Positions 1 through 15,578 of a DNA stretch of 64,000 nt are shown piece after piece. The stretch is from Octopus sinensis (lineage: Eukaryota), in assembly GCF_006345805.1 (NCBI RefSeq), contig NC_043018.1, positions 15,686,001 to 15,750,000 of the forward strand, written 5' to 3'. Positions within the stretch are counted from its first letter, which is position 1, and every line of letters starts with the position of its first letter. The notes beneath the pieces are model-generated. The model searched no databases, was not told where the DNA came from, and saw nothing but the letters and a program-made list of their open reading frames with translations. The translations under genes and the position numbers were made by a program.

Positions 1-470
1 ACTATATAAGCATTTTTAGAGAGTTACTTCCCTTATAGATGCCAATTCGGGCTTTCTTAGCCATTTCTGTTTTGGTGTCTTCAAGCCATGAAGTCGTTGT
101 TCTAAAAGAACGCTGGTCTCCTTGACAACGCTTTACGACGTTGATTTCCTTACACTCCCTTCCCCACAGCTTCACGAGGGAGGGAAGAAGGGGGAGAAGC
201 AAACAGGTGCAGGTGTAACCATGGACGCCAACTCCGCCGCCATCGACACACGAAAAATTATGCATTAAAATGGAATAAAAAATGATGTTAAATTATTTTT
301 AAAATCGTAGACTCATTGTAGATGCGCGCTAATACTCAGACGGGCTCGATATGAATCACAACTATAAGATACCCGAATTTGGTTAAACTGCACCGCAAAA
401 TGTGGGAGTAGTTAGGAATCTAAATCGAAGGGGACAGACACTCACACAACTACAGTTTTATATATATAGA
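1..470 (-). mobile_element. Non-autonomous Helitron-like element, same family as 50971-51273
   Basis: Long near-identity to 50971-51273 in opposite orientation; runs off the window edge. Confidence 0.65.
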
Positions 471-762
471 TATATATATATATATTATATATTTTTTATT
501 AATGAATATTATATTTTATATATTTTTTATTAATTAATTTTATTTCTATGTATTGGTTTATGATTTTCACTGTTTGATTTGCCTAATAGTGGTATTATCT
601 CTAATTTAATATAATATATATTTATATATATATATGCATACATACATACATTTATACACATAAAAACATATATACATACATGCATAATTACATACATATA
701 TCTACTGAACAGACTTTCTCAGTCACCTGTTAACATTACCTTTTTATATTTTGTCTTGTTAG

Positions 763-975
763 GTCAGAGCTTTCTTTACAAGATGTGGCCGGGCTTCCTG
801 TACTTGTGCAGTCATAGTTCGATCAGGAGACGATGTCATCATTTTTAACAAATGCCCGTATGTTAATTCTAAATTTAATGCCAGATCATTTCCTGTCAAA
901 GTCAAGACATACCTCCATGGTGACCTAACACCAGCAACCAAAGTTTACACAAACTTCTTTGGCTCTTATTATGTG
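763..975 (+). CDS. VWDE: VWDE-like exon ([25 protein letters not shown]...GSYYV)
   Basis: ttgttag acceptor, gtaagt donor, 213 nt open, phase 0-0. Confidence 0.88.
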
Positions 976-1342
976 GTAAGTTTCCCACAGCCTTAGCTCA
1001 TTTAATCACATACTAAACTCATATGTTTACCATCATCATCATCATCATCATTATTATTATTATTATTATATTATTATTATTATTATTATTATTATCATTA
1101 TTATACAAGGTAGTGAGCTGGCAGAATTATTAGCATGTCTGACAAAATGCTTAGTAGCATTTCCTCTGTCTTTAAATTCTGAGTCGAAAATTCTGTTGAG
1201 ATTGACTTTGCCTTTCATCCTTTCAAGGTCGATAACAGAAGTACCAGTTGAGGACTTGGGTCGATGTAATTAACTATTCCGCTACCCCCAAATTTCAGAC
1301 CTTGTACTTATAGCAGAAAGGATGATTATTATTATTATTATT

Positions 1343-1391
<49 letters not shown>

Positions 1392-1478
1392 CCATCATCA
1401 CCATCATAACCATCATCATCATCATCATCACCATCATCACCATCATCACCATCATCATCATCATCATCATCATTATCA

Positions 1479-1509
<31 letters not shown>

Positions 1510-4500
1510 AATGATGAGCTGACAGGATTGTTAGCATGCCAGGCAAATTGCTTGGAAGCATTTCATCCATCTTTGCATTCTAATTTCAAATTTCACAGAG
1601 GTTGACTCTGCCTTTCAACCTTCTGGGGTCGATAAAATAAGTACCAGTTGAACACTGGGGTTGATGTAATCAACTTAGTCCACTCCTGAAATTGCTGGCC
1701 TTGTGCCAAATTTGAAATCCCTCTCCTAAAATTTCAACCCTTGTGCCTATAGTAGAAAGGATTGTTGTTTTTATTATTATTATTATTATTATGTATATAT
1801 ATATATATATATGGAGGCGCAATGGCCCAGTGGTTAGGGCAGCAGACTCGCGGTCATAGGATCGCGGTTTCGATTCCCAGACTGGGCGTTGTGAGTGTTT
1901 ATTGAGCGAAAACACCTAAAGCTCCACGAGGCTCCGGCAGGGGATGGTGGTGATCCCTGCTGTACTCTTTCACCACAACTTTCTCTCACTCTTACTTCCT
2001 GTTTCTGTTGTACCTGTATTTCAAAGGGCCGGCCTTGTCACTCTCTGTGACACGCTGAATATCCCCGAGAACTACGTTAAGGGTACACGTGTCTGTAGAG
2101 TGCTCAGCCACTTACACGTTAATTTCACGAGCAGGCTGTTCCGTTGATTCGGATCAACCGGAACCCTCGTCGTTGTAACCGACGGAGTGCTTCCAAGATA
2201 TATATATAAATATACTCAGGTCCGGTCTTATTCCCAGTAGGAATTATGTGGCTAGCAGGTTATTACTGGTAACTTTAGGTAACCACAAGTTTTCAGCAGT
2301 CTTTCAAGTGCTTAGAACCTCCCTGATAATCCTTGCTGTCCTTAAGAGACAAACTTTCTGTAGGAGCTCTACTGGGCATTCTATTTCAATCTCCTTCAGC
2401 TATTTGTCTATATCTTGGCTTACTATTCCCAATGCACCAGTTATTATAGGCACGAGCTTTACTGTTCACATGCCCCAAATTTTTCCTACTTCATATTTTA
2501 AGGTATTGTATTTGATTTTCTTCCTCTCTCTTTACGATCCTGGAATCAAATGGGCATGATGGATCGATAAGTAAGCAACTTGTGTCTGGTCTATCAATTT
2601 CTACTTTCTTGTCCATTTGAATAGGAAAGTCCCACAAAAATCTTACATTTATATTATTATTATGGCAAGCTTGCAGAATTTTTAGCAGCATCTACTTCCA
2701 TCTTTATGTCCTGAGTTCAAACACTGTAGGTCAACTTTGCCTTTCATCCTTTTGAAGTCAGTAAAATAAGTACCGTTTGATTATTGGGGTCAGTGTAATT
2801 AGTTTACCTCCTCCCTCGAAATTGCTGGACTTGTGCCAAAATTTGAAATTATTATTATTGAGGTAAGCTTGCAGGATTGTTAACACACTAATCAAGATGC
2901 TTAATGACATTTCACCCACTTTTATGTTCTGGGTTCAAATTCCACTGAAGTCCCTTTTGCTTTTCAATCTTTTGGGGTCAATAAAATACCATTACTAGTA
3001 CTTATTTTTCAGGCTGTGAGCTTATAGTAAAAAGGATTACTATTATTATGATTGAGTGGGGGAACAGTGATACGGGGGTGGTTTACAAATATATGAAGTC
3101 CAAAATACCAATCGTGACTACCTGTTTGATAAGGGTACACTAGGCACATGCTCCACAACCATATATGCATGGCACGATGACCTCACATCAAGATAAATAG
3201 TACATAACTTTGCAGATTGGGCCCAGTTAGAATACTTACAGATTAACTTAGCGAGATAGATTGGGGTGTGGTTTCAAGATAATTTCTTTATGGGCCAGAT
3301 ATATATATATGTACATCAGAGACCCCCTTCGGTCACGACACAGACCATGGGACTATACCTAGAATGTTACTTTCCGAGGCATAAATCCGGGCAAGGTTGT
3401 TAATGGAAGACCAGCAATTGCCCACGCATACCAGCCTCCCCTCTCCACGTCACCGATGTTATCCAAGGGAAAGACAAAGGTCGATACAGCTTGGCACCAG
3501 TGACGTCGCAACTCATATCTACAGCTGAGTGAACTGGAGCAACGTGAAATAAAGTGCCTTGCTCGAGAACACAACATGCAGCCCGGTCCGGGATTCGAGC
3601 TCACAATCTCACGATCGTAAGCTCGACGCTCTAACCACTGAGCCATGCGCCATATACATATACACACATATAAAGGCTTACCTCCAGGAACATTTTGATT
3701 CCATTACTTTAACTTTGGAATGATTACATCAGATGATTATAAAGGTTGCAAGAATAGCTACAAGAATATATACTACTAAATGCTTATTAAATCACCCGTG
3801 AAATTAGACATTTTAAATCTATTGTCTGAGCATCTTCGTTAGCAAAGATTTTAAGTATCTCCAATTCGTTGCAGTTTTTCTAATTTGTGTCCCATTTCTT
3901 CTCCACAGGTTGTTCTACCAACTGGAATGATTGTGAAAATTAAACCAAGATTCCATGCTTTTATGAACATTTACCTTGATGCAACAGCTAAAGATTTAGA
4001 GAAGAGTAAAGGTAAGCTATGTTGTACCAATTTTTCAAGTTTATGTAAAACTGCTTAGTCTCCTGATTAATGAATGAGTTTAATGATTAATCGTTGAGAA
4101 TTTCTTGGAGTAGAGGTAAGTGGGTTCTTACCAAAAAAAATAAACATTTAAAAGTTGTAGTTGAGATAAAAATGTTTTGATGAAAGATTTGAGTTTGTAC
4201 AGGCATATTGATATGTGTGTGTCTGAGTGAATGTATGTGTGTGAATTGGAGAGAGTCTATGAGTGTTTGAGAGAGTGCATGTCCATAAGCCAGTGTGTGT
4301 GTATGTGTGTGAGTCATTGTTGTTGGAGAAGATGGTTTAACTTTGGAAAGAATACAATAATATCTAACTGCAACTTTTATTTTCTCTGCAGGTCTTTGTG
4401 ACAAATACACATTGAAATCTCGCAACTATTTCACTGGTAAAACCAAACAGTTCCCTATTTCAAGGCTTCCTGATGGTTTTAGTAAAGAATGGAGGTAAAT

Positions 4501-7500
4501 CCTGTTCTTCATAGATTCAATTTTTTCATGAAATTTGTGCAAGACAAATACAGAATAACTCTGTGTGTGTGCGTGTGTGTGATTACATTTGTATGGTGTG
4601 TTTTTGTAGATTTTCTCAAACACTTCCTGCCAACATTTTCTCCTGTGATACTTAAAAGATTAACACATATGACTACAGACAAACTGAACACAACTGAACT
4701 TTGAAGGTAACACAGGGAACATGATATGCTTTCAGATCTTATATAGAAATTATTCATACTGCTTTGTTGCCATTATTATCGAGTAAGAGAGTAGTGCATG
4801 CCATTAAAGTGACACTGGGGTGCAAATATACAAAGCCCAATATACCCATCATGACTACCTGCCTAATAAGGGTACACCAGGCACATGCATCACAGCCATA
4901 TGCACGCAAAATAGTGACTGCATGTCAAAATAAACAGCATGACCTTGCAGATGGGACTCAGAATTTTTTCAGGTTGAGCAGCCCACCTTCCTCAAAAGAT
5001 CCCTGAATGAGGTTTGTTTAACGATGATGAACAAAACATCCATATTTCAAGAGGTGAATTATTTATTCAAACCCAAAGAATTCCACTCAACACATAGCTA
5101 TTATTATTATTATTATTATTATTATATTATTATTATTATCATTATTATTATTATTATCATCATTCAGTAGTCTTATTTTTATCACATGCTTTCACTGCAC
5201 TACCAAGCACAGCTCTGTGTGCCTTGGGTATGTGCTATGGTTTGTTGTGATACTCTTATTTTTACTGTATTGAAAGTGTTTTACTTAGGATGTGTGCAGT
5301 GCCTAGTAGTGCTATTTTCTATGTGTTATATATACTTGTTAGTCCTGGTGATTTTGTTATGCATTAGTATGTATATTGTTTTATTATTATTATTATTAGT
5401 TGGTGAGATCCAGGCCATGATTGACAACAATCCCTCCAAGTCAATCAGGTCCATCGCCAGGGACATGGGGAGTATCTGTGTTTTTTATCAGGCAGGTAGT
5501 GCATGAGGACATTTGGTATTCCTCATACAAGATGAGAAAGGGACAATTTTTATCCCAAGCCATCAAGGACAAGAGGAAAGACTGTACTATGAAGCTGTTG
5601 AGTAAACTCAAGCATCCCCTCCAACCAAACATGCTTTGGTTTTTCTCAGATGAGAAAAATTTCAGCCAGGATCAGATGGTGAACACACAGAACAACCTTT
5701 GGCTTGCCGTATCCCCAAATCATGTACCAAGAGTGATAAAAATCAAAGATCCAGTCAATATCATGGTGTCTGGAGTGATCACTAGTGATGGTGACCTTAT
5801 GCCTCCATTCCTCTTCCCACACGACCTCAGACTCAACTCAGAGGCCTACATCAAGTGCCTGGAGGATGTAGTCCTGCACTGGGTCAAGAGGGTGGCTGCT
5901 GGAAGATCCGATGTCTGGCAACAGGACTTTGCACCATGCCACACAATCAGGAGAACTCAGTCATGGCAGTCAGACAATTTCGGCGACCACATCACCCCTA
6001 ACATCTGGCCACCTAACTTCCCACACTGCAAGCTCCTTGGTTACTATGTGTGGGGCACAGCTGAGCAAGAGACCAACAAAACTTCTTGTAACACCAAAGA
6101 TGAACTGAAGGCAAGGATTATAGCAGCATTCACCAACTTAAACAAGGAGACTGTCCAGAAGAGTTGCTGGAGATTCCGAAGTCGTCTGGAGGCCATGGTT
6201 AAAGCCAATGGCGACTTTATTGAATAAATTTACTCTTTAGTATTTCAAGATATTTTTATGTAATTTTGGTAAATATATCAGGCGTAGGAGTGGCTGCGTG
6301 GTAAGTAGCTTGCTTACGAACCACATGGTTCCAGGTTCAGTCCCACTGCATGATACCTCGGGCAAGTGTCTTCTACTATAGCCTTGGGCCAACCAAAGTC
6401 TTGTGAGTGGATTTGGTAGACGGAAACTGAAAGAAACCCGTCGTATATATGTATATATATGTGTGTGTGTATATGTTTGTGTGTGTGTTTGTCCCCCCAA
6501 TATCGCTTGACAACCGATGCTTGTGTGTTTACATCCCTGTAACTTAGCAGTTCGGCAAAAGTGACCAATAGAATAAGTACTAGGCTTACAAAGAATAAGT
6601 CCTAGGGTCGATTTGCTTGACTAAAGGCAGTGCTCCAGCATGGCCACAATCAAATGACTGAAACAAGAGTAAAGAGTATATCTATTAAAATGAGATGACC
6701 GTGTTATTTTCATTTTTGCATAATTTAAACGACAGTTCATCCACCGCACCCTGTATGCATGCTGTGTAATATTTAAACATTTGTATCTCTCTTACTATGC
6801 TAAGCAACTGGCCTATTATGTTGTTGTAGAGATAAAGTTGATAAGCTTACCTTTGTTTTTGCAGAGTCACAGGCGATACTTATTACAATGGCTACAGCAG
6901 GAAACTGGAATTTGAGGTTCCTACTTATTGTACTTGTGTTAATTCAGTAGTGGACTGTAGACCATTTGGAGATGCAATCAGCTGTCCTCTACGCAGAAGA
7001 TGTGAGTACGCCTTAAACCTTTTATCATTTAAACTTGCCTGATCCAGCCTCTTGCACCTACTCTACAATGTCATTCTAAAAATATACTATCATAGCATTG
7101 AAATTTGAAAGCTAGAAGATAATTCAAAAACAGTGTGAATAAATAAGTTTTACATTTGATAGTGTAATTCTGAATACTAAAAATAACTTCACTGAGAACA
7201 GTTTAGTAACTTTTGTGTTTATAATTCTAATGTTGTTCATTATCTTAATTTATTCATATCAAATAGTGTCTGGCACTCTAACCTTTCAGTATCTGACACA
7301 AGATCGCCTCCTTCAATGACCCCTCTCCTCTCAAAATTCCTTGTCTTGCAAGTTACTAGGCGACCCTGCTGGTACAAGAGCCATGTAAAAAGCATCCAGT
7401 CCACACTGAGAAGTGGTTAGCATTTGGAAGGTCATCCAGCTGTAAAAGCTATGCTTAAACTGACTTCACCCGTGCTGGTGCCTCATGAAAAGCATTCAGT

Positions 7501-10500
7501 CCAATCTGCAAGGGGGTTGGTATTAGGAAGGGCATCCAGCTGTAAAAACCATGCCAAAACAGGCACAGTAGCTTGAGGTAGTCTTCAAACTGGTCGGCTC
7601 CTGTCAAACTGTCCAACCCATGCCAGCATGGAAAGCAGACGTTAAACGGTGATCATCATCATCATCATCATCGTTTAACGTCCGTTCTCCATGCTAGCAT
7701 GGGTTGGACGGTTCGACCAGGGATCTGGGAATCCAGAAGGCTGCACCAGGCTCCGGTCTTATCTGGCAATGTTTCTACAGCTGGATGCCCTTCCTAATGC
7801 CAACCACTCCGTGAGTGTAGTGGATGCTTTTCACGTGCCACCTGCACTGGTGCCAGGCGAGGCTGGCATCAGCCACGGTCGGATTGGTGCATTTTATGTG
7901 CCACCTGCACGGAAGCCAGTCGAGGCGGCACTGGCTTCGGCCACAATTCGGATGGTGCTTTTTACGTGCCACCTGCATGGAAGCCAGTCGAGGCGGTGCT
8001 GGCATCGGCCACGATTCGGATGGTGCTTTTTACGTGTCACCTGCACGGAAGCCAGTCGAGGCGGTGCTGGCATCGGCCACGATTCGGATGGTGCTTTTTA
8101 CGTGCCACCTGCACGGAAGCCAGTCGAGGTGGTGCTGGCATCGGCCACGCCACGATTGGATGGTGCTTTTTACGTGCCACCTGCACGGAAGCCAGTCGAG
8201 GTGGTGCTGGCATCGGCCACGATTCGGATGGTGCATTTTATGTGCCACCTGCACGGAAGCCAGTCGAGGCGGTGCTGGCATCGGCCACGATTCGGATGGT
8301 GCTTTTTACGTGCCACCTGCACGGAAGCCAGTCGAGGCGGTGCTGGCATCGGCCACGATTCGGATGGTGCTTTTTACGTGCCACCTGCACGGAAGCCAGT
8401 CGAGGCGGTGCTGGCATCGGCCATGATTCGGATGGTGCTTTTTACGTGCCACCTGCACGGAAGCCAGTCGAAGCGGTGCTGGCATCGGCCACGATTCGGA
8501 TGGTGCTTCTTACGTGCCACCTGCACGGAAGCCAGTCGAGGCGGCGCTGGCATCGGCCACGATTCGGATGGTGCTTTTTACGTGCCACCTGCACGGAAGC
8601 CAGTCGAGGCGGCGCTGGCATCGGCCACGATTCGGATGGTGCTTTTTACGTGCCACCTGCACGGAAGCCAGTCGAGGCGGAGCTGGCATCGGCCACGATT
8701 CGGATGGTGCTTTTTACGTGCCACCTGCACGGAAGCCAGTCGAGGCGGAGCTGGCATCGGCCACGATTCGGATGGTGCTTTTTACGTGCCACCTGCACGG
8801 AAGCCAGTCGAGGCGACGCTGGCATCGGCCACGATTCGGATGGTGCTTTTTACGTGCCACCTGCACGGAAGCCAGTCGAGGCGGTGCTGGCATCGGCCAC
8901 GATTCGGATGGTGCTTTTTACGTGCCACCTGCACGGAAGCCAGTCGAGGCGGTGCTGGCATCGGCCACGATTCGGATGGTGCTTTTTACGTGCCACCTGC
9001 ACGGAAGCCAGTCGAGGCGGTGCTGGCATCGGCCACGATTCGGATGGTGCTTTTTACGTGCCACCTGCACGGAAGCCAGTCGAGGCGGCGCTGGCATCGG
9101 CCACGATTCGGATGGTGCTTTTTACGTGCCACCGACACGGAAGCCAGTCGAGGAGGAGCTGGCATCGGCCACGATTCGGATGGTGCTTTTTACGTGCCAC
9201 CGACACGGAAGCCAGTCGAGGCGGTGCTGGCATTGGCCACGATTCGGATGGTGCTTTTTACGTGCCACCGACACGGAAGCCAGTCGAGGCGGTGCTGGCA
9301 TCGGCCACGATTCGGATGGTGCTTTTTACGTGCCACCGACACGGAAGCCAGTCGAGGCGGTGCTGGCATCGGCCACGATTCGGATGGTGCTTTTGTATCC
9401 TATGTGAATATAATGATCATCGTCAATTTAAAGCCCACTTCCTGTCAGTATCGCTCACCTGTTTCCAAGGGATGGAATGTTTACCCTGGCCTTTCAGACA
9501 ATGCAAAAAACAGGTTCATTCACTGGACATGTGCTTGTGGCAGATTGTAACCCAGGCCCCTTTTCTAGGGATAAGGACCTTGTTTTCCGGCAGAGTGTAA
9601 ACAACATGAGACAAGGGGAATACAGAAACACACATATAAACATACACTCATACAGACACATATATGCACATACATACACACAAACATATAAACACATACA
9701 AGCATATACATACACACACACACATATATACATATACACACACACATATATACATACACACACACACATATATATACATACACATACATACACACACACA
9801 CACATATATATATACACACACACACATACACATATATATATGTGCGCGAGAAGACCCGGCTGGACAAGTGAGGCCATAACCCATGGCCCCTACCTGGGAC
9901 GTAGTCAGTCCACCTATGCATACCTTCCTTCTTGGGACACATAACTCTACTTGTGAAGACCTGTTGAGGCAAGTGAAAATGGACAAAATCAAAAGCAAAC
10001 TCGATGAACATTAATGGAATTTGTAGTTTTGTGGTACCAGTGCCGGTGGCACATACGAAAACCATCTGAACGTGGCCGTAGCCAGTACCGCATTGACTGG
10101 CCTCCGTGCTGGTGGCACGTAACAAACACCATCCGATCGTGGCCGTGCCAGCCTTGCCCCACACACACATTTTAGGCATCTTACAATTCCTATCACTTCC
10201 ACTTACAAGACACTGGTCAACCTGAGGTCATTATTGAGGGCACATGCCCAGTTTCATACAGTGAGATTGGTAGTTAGCCCTTAAGCATTTAAACTGACCA
10301 TATCTGGCCAAAATATTCTGTTTTATGTTCAAACTGGCCTGTTCTTGCTTCTCACACTGACTCTACAATGTTGGTATCAAAATAAACAATCATATCATCA
10401 AAACCTTGAAGTTATAGGATGATGCGACACCAGTCTGAAATCCCTCTCTTGCTCAGCATATCAATCTCCTGGAAAAGTGTTCAGAAATGTGCAACCAAAC

Positions 10501-12855
10501 AAATACCTGCTCTCATGTATTCACCATCTTGCTTCTTTAGGTAAGAAAGCATTAAAAGTTCCAACATCTGGTAACTGGCAAGGTAGACACCCACTAGATT
10601 ATCTACAATCTTTCCAACAACAACCATGAGCACCTCTTTGAATCCCAGGTCAAACACTCGAGGACATGCTTACAAAATCAAAAAACAACACAACACCCAC
10701 AATGTCCAGAAACAATTTTTCACACCCAGAACTGCTGTAGCATCAGTTGTTAGCTATCGGGACACTACATCCTTCAAAACTTCCATTCTTCCTGAAATTT
10801 GCCAACAGTGCACCTGATGCCCCACTCCTTTATATTTTTCTTTCTCACCTCCTGCGGATTATTCAATGCACCGTTTGTGCACTTTTGGCTATTTTTCTTT
10901 TAATGAGTTGTACTGCATCTGAGCACTGTATACAATAAGTTCATTATATTTAATCCAAAACTATGTGAATAAATAAACATCACATTTGACAGAGAAACCT
11001 GAATGCTAAAGAATGAAATACTTAATGAAATTCTTGTGTTATAATTACCCAGAATTATTATAAGACAGATATCTCATTACTCCTTGTAAGATGTAACAGG
11101 GATTCCACATAGACATTTCCTTCATTAAACCCCCTTCTTCATTCATTTTTTTTTTTTCAATAGTTTATATCTATTGCTGTGGCTGGTTCTGTTTACTTTG
11201 TCTCTAAATCTAAGTGTTTCTGTTATTGCAGTGAGAGACATAACTAAGAACATTGTTGAAAATGCTGTTATCAAAAGTGACGGAACAACCACAAGGAAGA
11301 AGCGAGCAACTGTACAAAGTGGCTTTGGAAATTATGACCCTTCATTTGGTACCAATGACGTGAGTTGGTCACAAATTCTGATATTTCTTTCTCTCTCTCT
11401 CTCACTCTCCACCAATCTATCCATCTATTTATGTGTGTGTGTGTATGTGTATATATATATATATACACACATACTGTTGTCTGGGAGGAGTCATTCTCTC
11501 TTAGTGCCTTATAATTTAACACACTCACCGGTAAAATTTCGACTTATTTCCTTCTGTAGTTTTCTAAAATTTTTGTTGCGCCTTGCAACCTTTTCAATAT
11601 ATTTGACTCTCTTTGCAAATCCAAAAACGAAATATATATATATATATCCGTGCCAGTGGAAAGTAAAAAGCACCATCCGATCGTGGCCGTTGCCAGCCTT
11701 GCCTGGCCCCCGTGCCGGTGCCACGTAAAAAGCACCATCCGTCCGTGGCCGTTTGCCAGCCCCGTCTGGCACCTGTGCGGGTTGCATGTAAAAAGCACCC
11801 ACTACACTCACGGGATGGTTGGTATTAGGAAGGGCATCCAGCCGTAGAAACACTGCCAGATCTGACTGGGCCTGGTGCAGCCTTCTAGCTTCCCAGACCC
11901 CAGTTGAACTGTCCAACCCATGCTAGCATGGAAAGTCGATGCTAAATGATGATGATGATGATGATGATATATATGCATGTATGTATAGATACACTCATTT
12001 TCTGGAAGCACTATGTGAGCATATATATATGTAAGAATAATGGAAAATGAAGACAAAGGCCCAAGATGTTACTTAAACAATTGATATCATCATATCACCA
12101 ACATATATTTTACTGGATGCAATAAAATAAATCCGAGAGGATATATATATAATATATATATTTATATATATATACATGCATTTACATACACATATATGGA
12201 AAACAAAAATGGACAGGGAATGCTAGTAAATTTTAAAATATTTATTTATGTATATATATATATATATTTGATTTTGATTTTGATTTTTTAGTTTCAGCTC
12301 ATGAGCTGTGGCCATGCTGGGGCACCGCCATTTGAAATATTATATTAAATTAGAGATAAAACCACTATTAGGCAAATCAAACAGTGAAAATCATAAGCCA
12401 ATACATATATATATATACACGTACAAACACACACACACATGCAAGCTAGCTGAATTACGTAGTAATATTCGGAAAAGTGGTTGTCATTTCCAGTTATATG
12501 TCATTTTAACATATAATAGCCCAGCCGACACAGGGGGCACATTAGGGATTTTTATTGAAATCTAATTAGCCTATAATTGAATAGGATGTTAGTTTAACAT
12601 GTATGGAAACTTTCATGAAGATTGGTTTGCTGTTTAGGTTGTAAGATGGTAAAAGACAGACAGAAATTGCCATTTATATATGAGATATTTTACATGCATA
12701 CATATATATACATACACACACAAACACACATATATATATATATACACATACATAGATACATATATATACACATACATACATATATATATACATACATACA
12801 CACATACATATATATGTATATACATACATATACATACATATATATACATACATAC

Positions 12856-12892
<37 letters not shown>

Positions 12893-13638
12893 CATACATA
12901 CCTATATATATACATACATATATATACATATCTATATACATATATATATATACATACATACATATATACATACATATATACATGCATATATATATATATA
13001 ATATATATATATACATACATATATATATACATATATATACATACATATATATATACATATATCTACATACATGCATATATAGGCATACTACTTTGATACT
13101 TTGATACTTTGATATCACAAAAAAGATAGATGGCATGACAGGCCTCGACTATTGGGGTCGACTAGAAAAGCTAAAACTCTATTCTCTCCAACGTCGTCGT
13201 GAGCGCTACATCATCTGCATGATGTGGAAAATATTCCATCAGCATTGCCCAAATGATGTTGGCATCACCTTTAAGGTACATCCAAGGCTTGGGCCCCGTG
13301 CCATCCGCCCAAAACAAAAATCGCACTCTCATCTCATAACAACAATACGGCACAATTATTTCACCTCAATTGGCCCCGCTCTCTTTAACATTACACCAAA
13401 ACACATTAAAACAGAAACTGACCCTATAGGGTTCAAGAAGTCTTTGGACAGATTCCTTCAAGAAATCCCGGATAAACCCCCTACACCCGGATATGTCTCT
13501 GTAAACAATAACTCTCTACTTGAGTGGGCCATAGTGCCCAAATTCTGACTTGAAAGACTTCACCAGGTGGTGCTATTAAGTTAGACATGGCCTGGGTCAA
13601 TAATGGCCGAAACCTATCAAAGTATCAAAGTATCAAAG

Positions 13639-13669
<31 letters not shown>

Positions 13670-15547
13670 GCGTGTATACGTATGTATGTATGTATACGTA
13701 TGTACATATATATATATATGTATACATATATACGTGTATACATATATATGTATATACGTATATACATATATATGTATATACGTGTATACATGTATGTATA
13801 TATACATATGTTCATGTATACATATATGTATATGTATATATATACGTATATATGTATATACATGTATACATATATATATATATATAAATTTGAAAAAAAA
13901 ACACCTTTTATCAATTCAATAATATGTATGTATATATATGTATGCATGTATATATATATGTATGTATATACATATGTATACATATGTATGTATATATATG
14001 TATGTATGTATATATATATGATTATATGTATGTATATATGTGTATATATATGTACATGTATATATGTATGTATGTATATATATATATATACACATATGCG
14101 TGTATACGTGTGTATGTATGTATACGTATGTACATATATATATATGTATACATATATATGTGTATACATATATATGTATATACATACATACATATATATG
14201 TATATACGTGTATACATGTATGTATATATACATATGTTCATGTATACATATATGTATATGTACATATATACGTATATATGTATATACATGTATACATATA
14301 TATATATATAAATTTGAAAAAAAAACACCTTTTATCAATTCAATAATAGGTATGTATATATATGTATGCATGTATATATATATGTATGTATATACATATA
14401 TATGTATGTATATATATGTAGGTATGTATATATATATATATGTATGTATATATATGTGTATGTGTATATATATATGTATGTATATGTGTACGTCTTCCAC
14501 CTGCCTTCGTCTTTTGTTTATTTTCATAAAGCTTCCCGTTATATATATATATATATATATCTATGTATGTATATGTGTATATATATATATGTATATGTAT
14601 GTATATATAAGTATATATGTATGTGTATATATATGCATGTATATATAATATGTATGTATATAAATATATATGTATGTATGTATGTATATATATATGTATG
14701 TATGTATATATATATGTATGTATGTATATATATATGTGTATATATATATATGTATGTATATATATATATGTATGTATATATATATGTATATATATATATA
14801 TAAGTATGTATATATATGTATGTATGTATATATATGTATGTTTGTATGTATATATATATGTATGTATATAAGTATGTATATATATGTATGTATGTATATA
14901 TATATAAGTATGTATATACCTATGCCTATATATGCATGTATGTAGATATATGTATATATATGTATATATATATATACATATACACGCATATATATATATA
15001 TATACACATACACATACATATATATATATATATATACGTATATATGTATATATACATATACGTATACACACGTATATACGCACATATATATATGTGTATA
15101 TACGTATATACATATACATGTATATACATGTATATATGTATATACACGTACACATGTATATATGTACATATGCATACATATATACATATGTATATATGTA
15201 TATATATATACATATACGTATACATGCATATATACACACATACATACGTATACATATATATATATAATATATATATATGTATACACACATATACATATAT
15301 ACACATATGTACATATACACATACATACACGTACACACACATATATATACACATATATATATACATATATATGTACATATATACATATATATATATATAT
15401 ACATATACACGTGAAGGGTATCCTGCCATAGAAACACTGCCAGATCAGACTGGGCCTGATGCAGCCTTCTGGCTTCACAGACCCCAGTTGAACCGTCCAA
15501 CCCATGCTAGCATGGAAAACGGATGCTAAATGATGATGATCATGATG

Positions 15548-15578
<31 letters not shown>

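Noticed and set aside
1813-1890. tRNA gene calls for SINE heads (also 3580-3651, 6281-6350 and others)
   Set aside because: A/B-box-like motifs are present, but they continue into multi-copy SINE bodies and I could not fold a full cloverleaf with an acceptor stem.
4610-4706. Exon-like segment with AG/GT boundaries in a VWDE-like intron
   Set aside because: Stops in all three frames; the flanking exons join in phase without it.
5421-6227. Functional or domesticated transposase
   Set aside because: The N-terminus is frameshifted, the NPLD-type catalytic motif reads KLLG, and a SINE interrupts the 3' end.
7691-9600. 619-aa, 544-aa and 297-aa ORFs
   Set aside because: They arise because the 68-bp unit lacks stops on the plus strand; all three frames give the same permuted peptide; the region is intronic with no splice or homology support.
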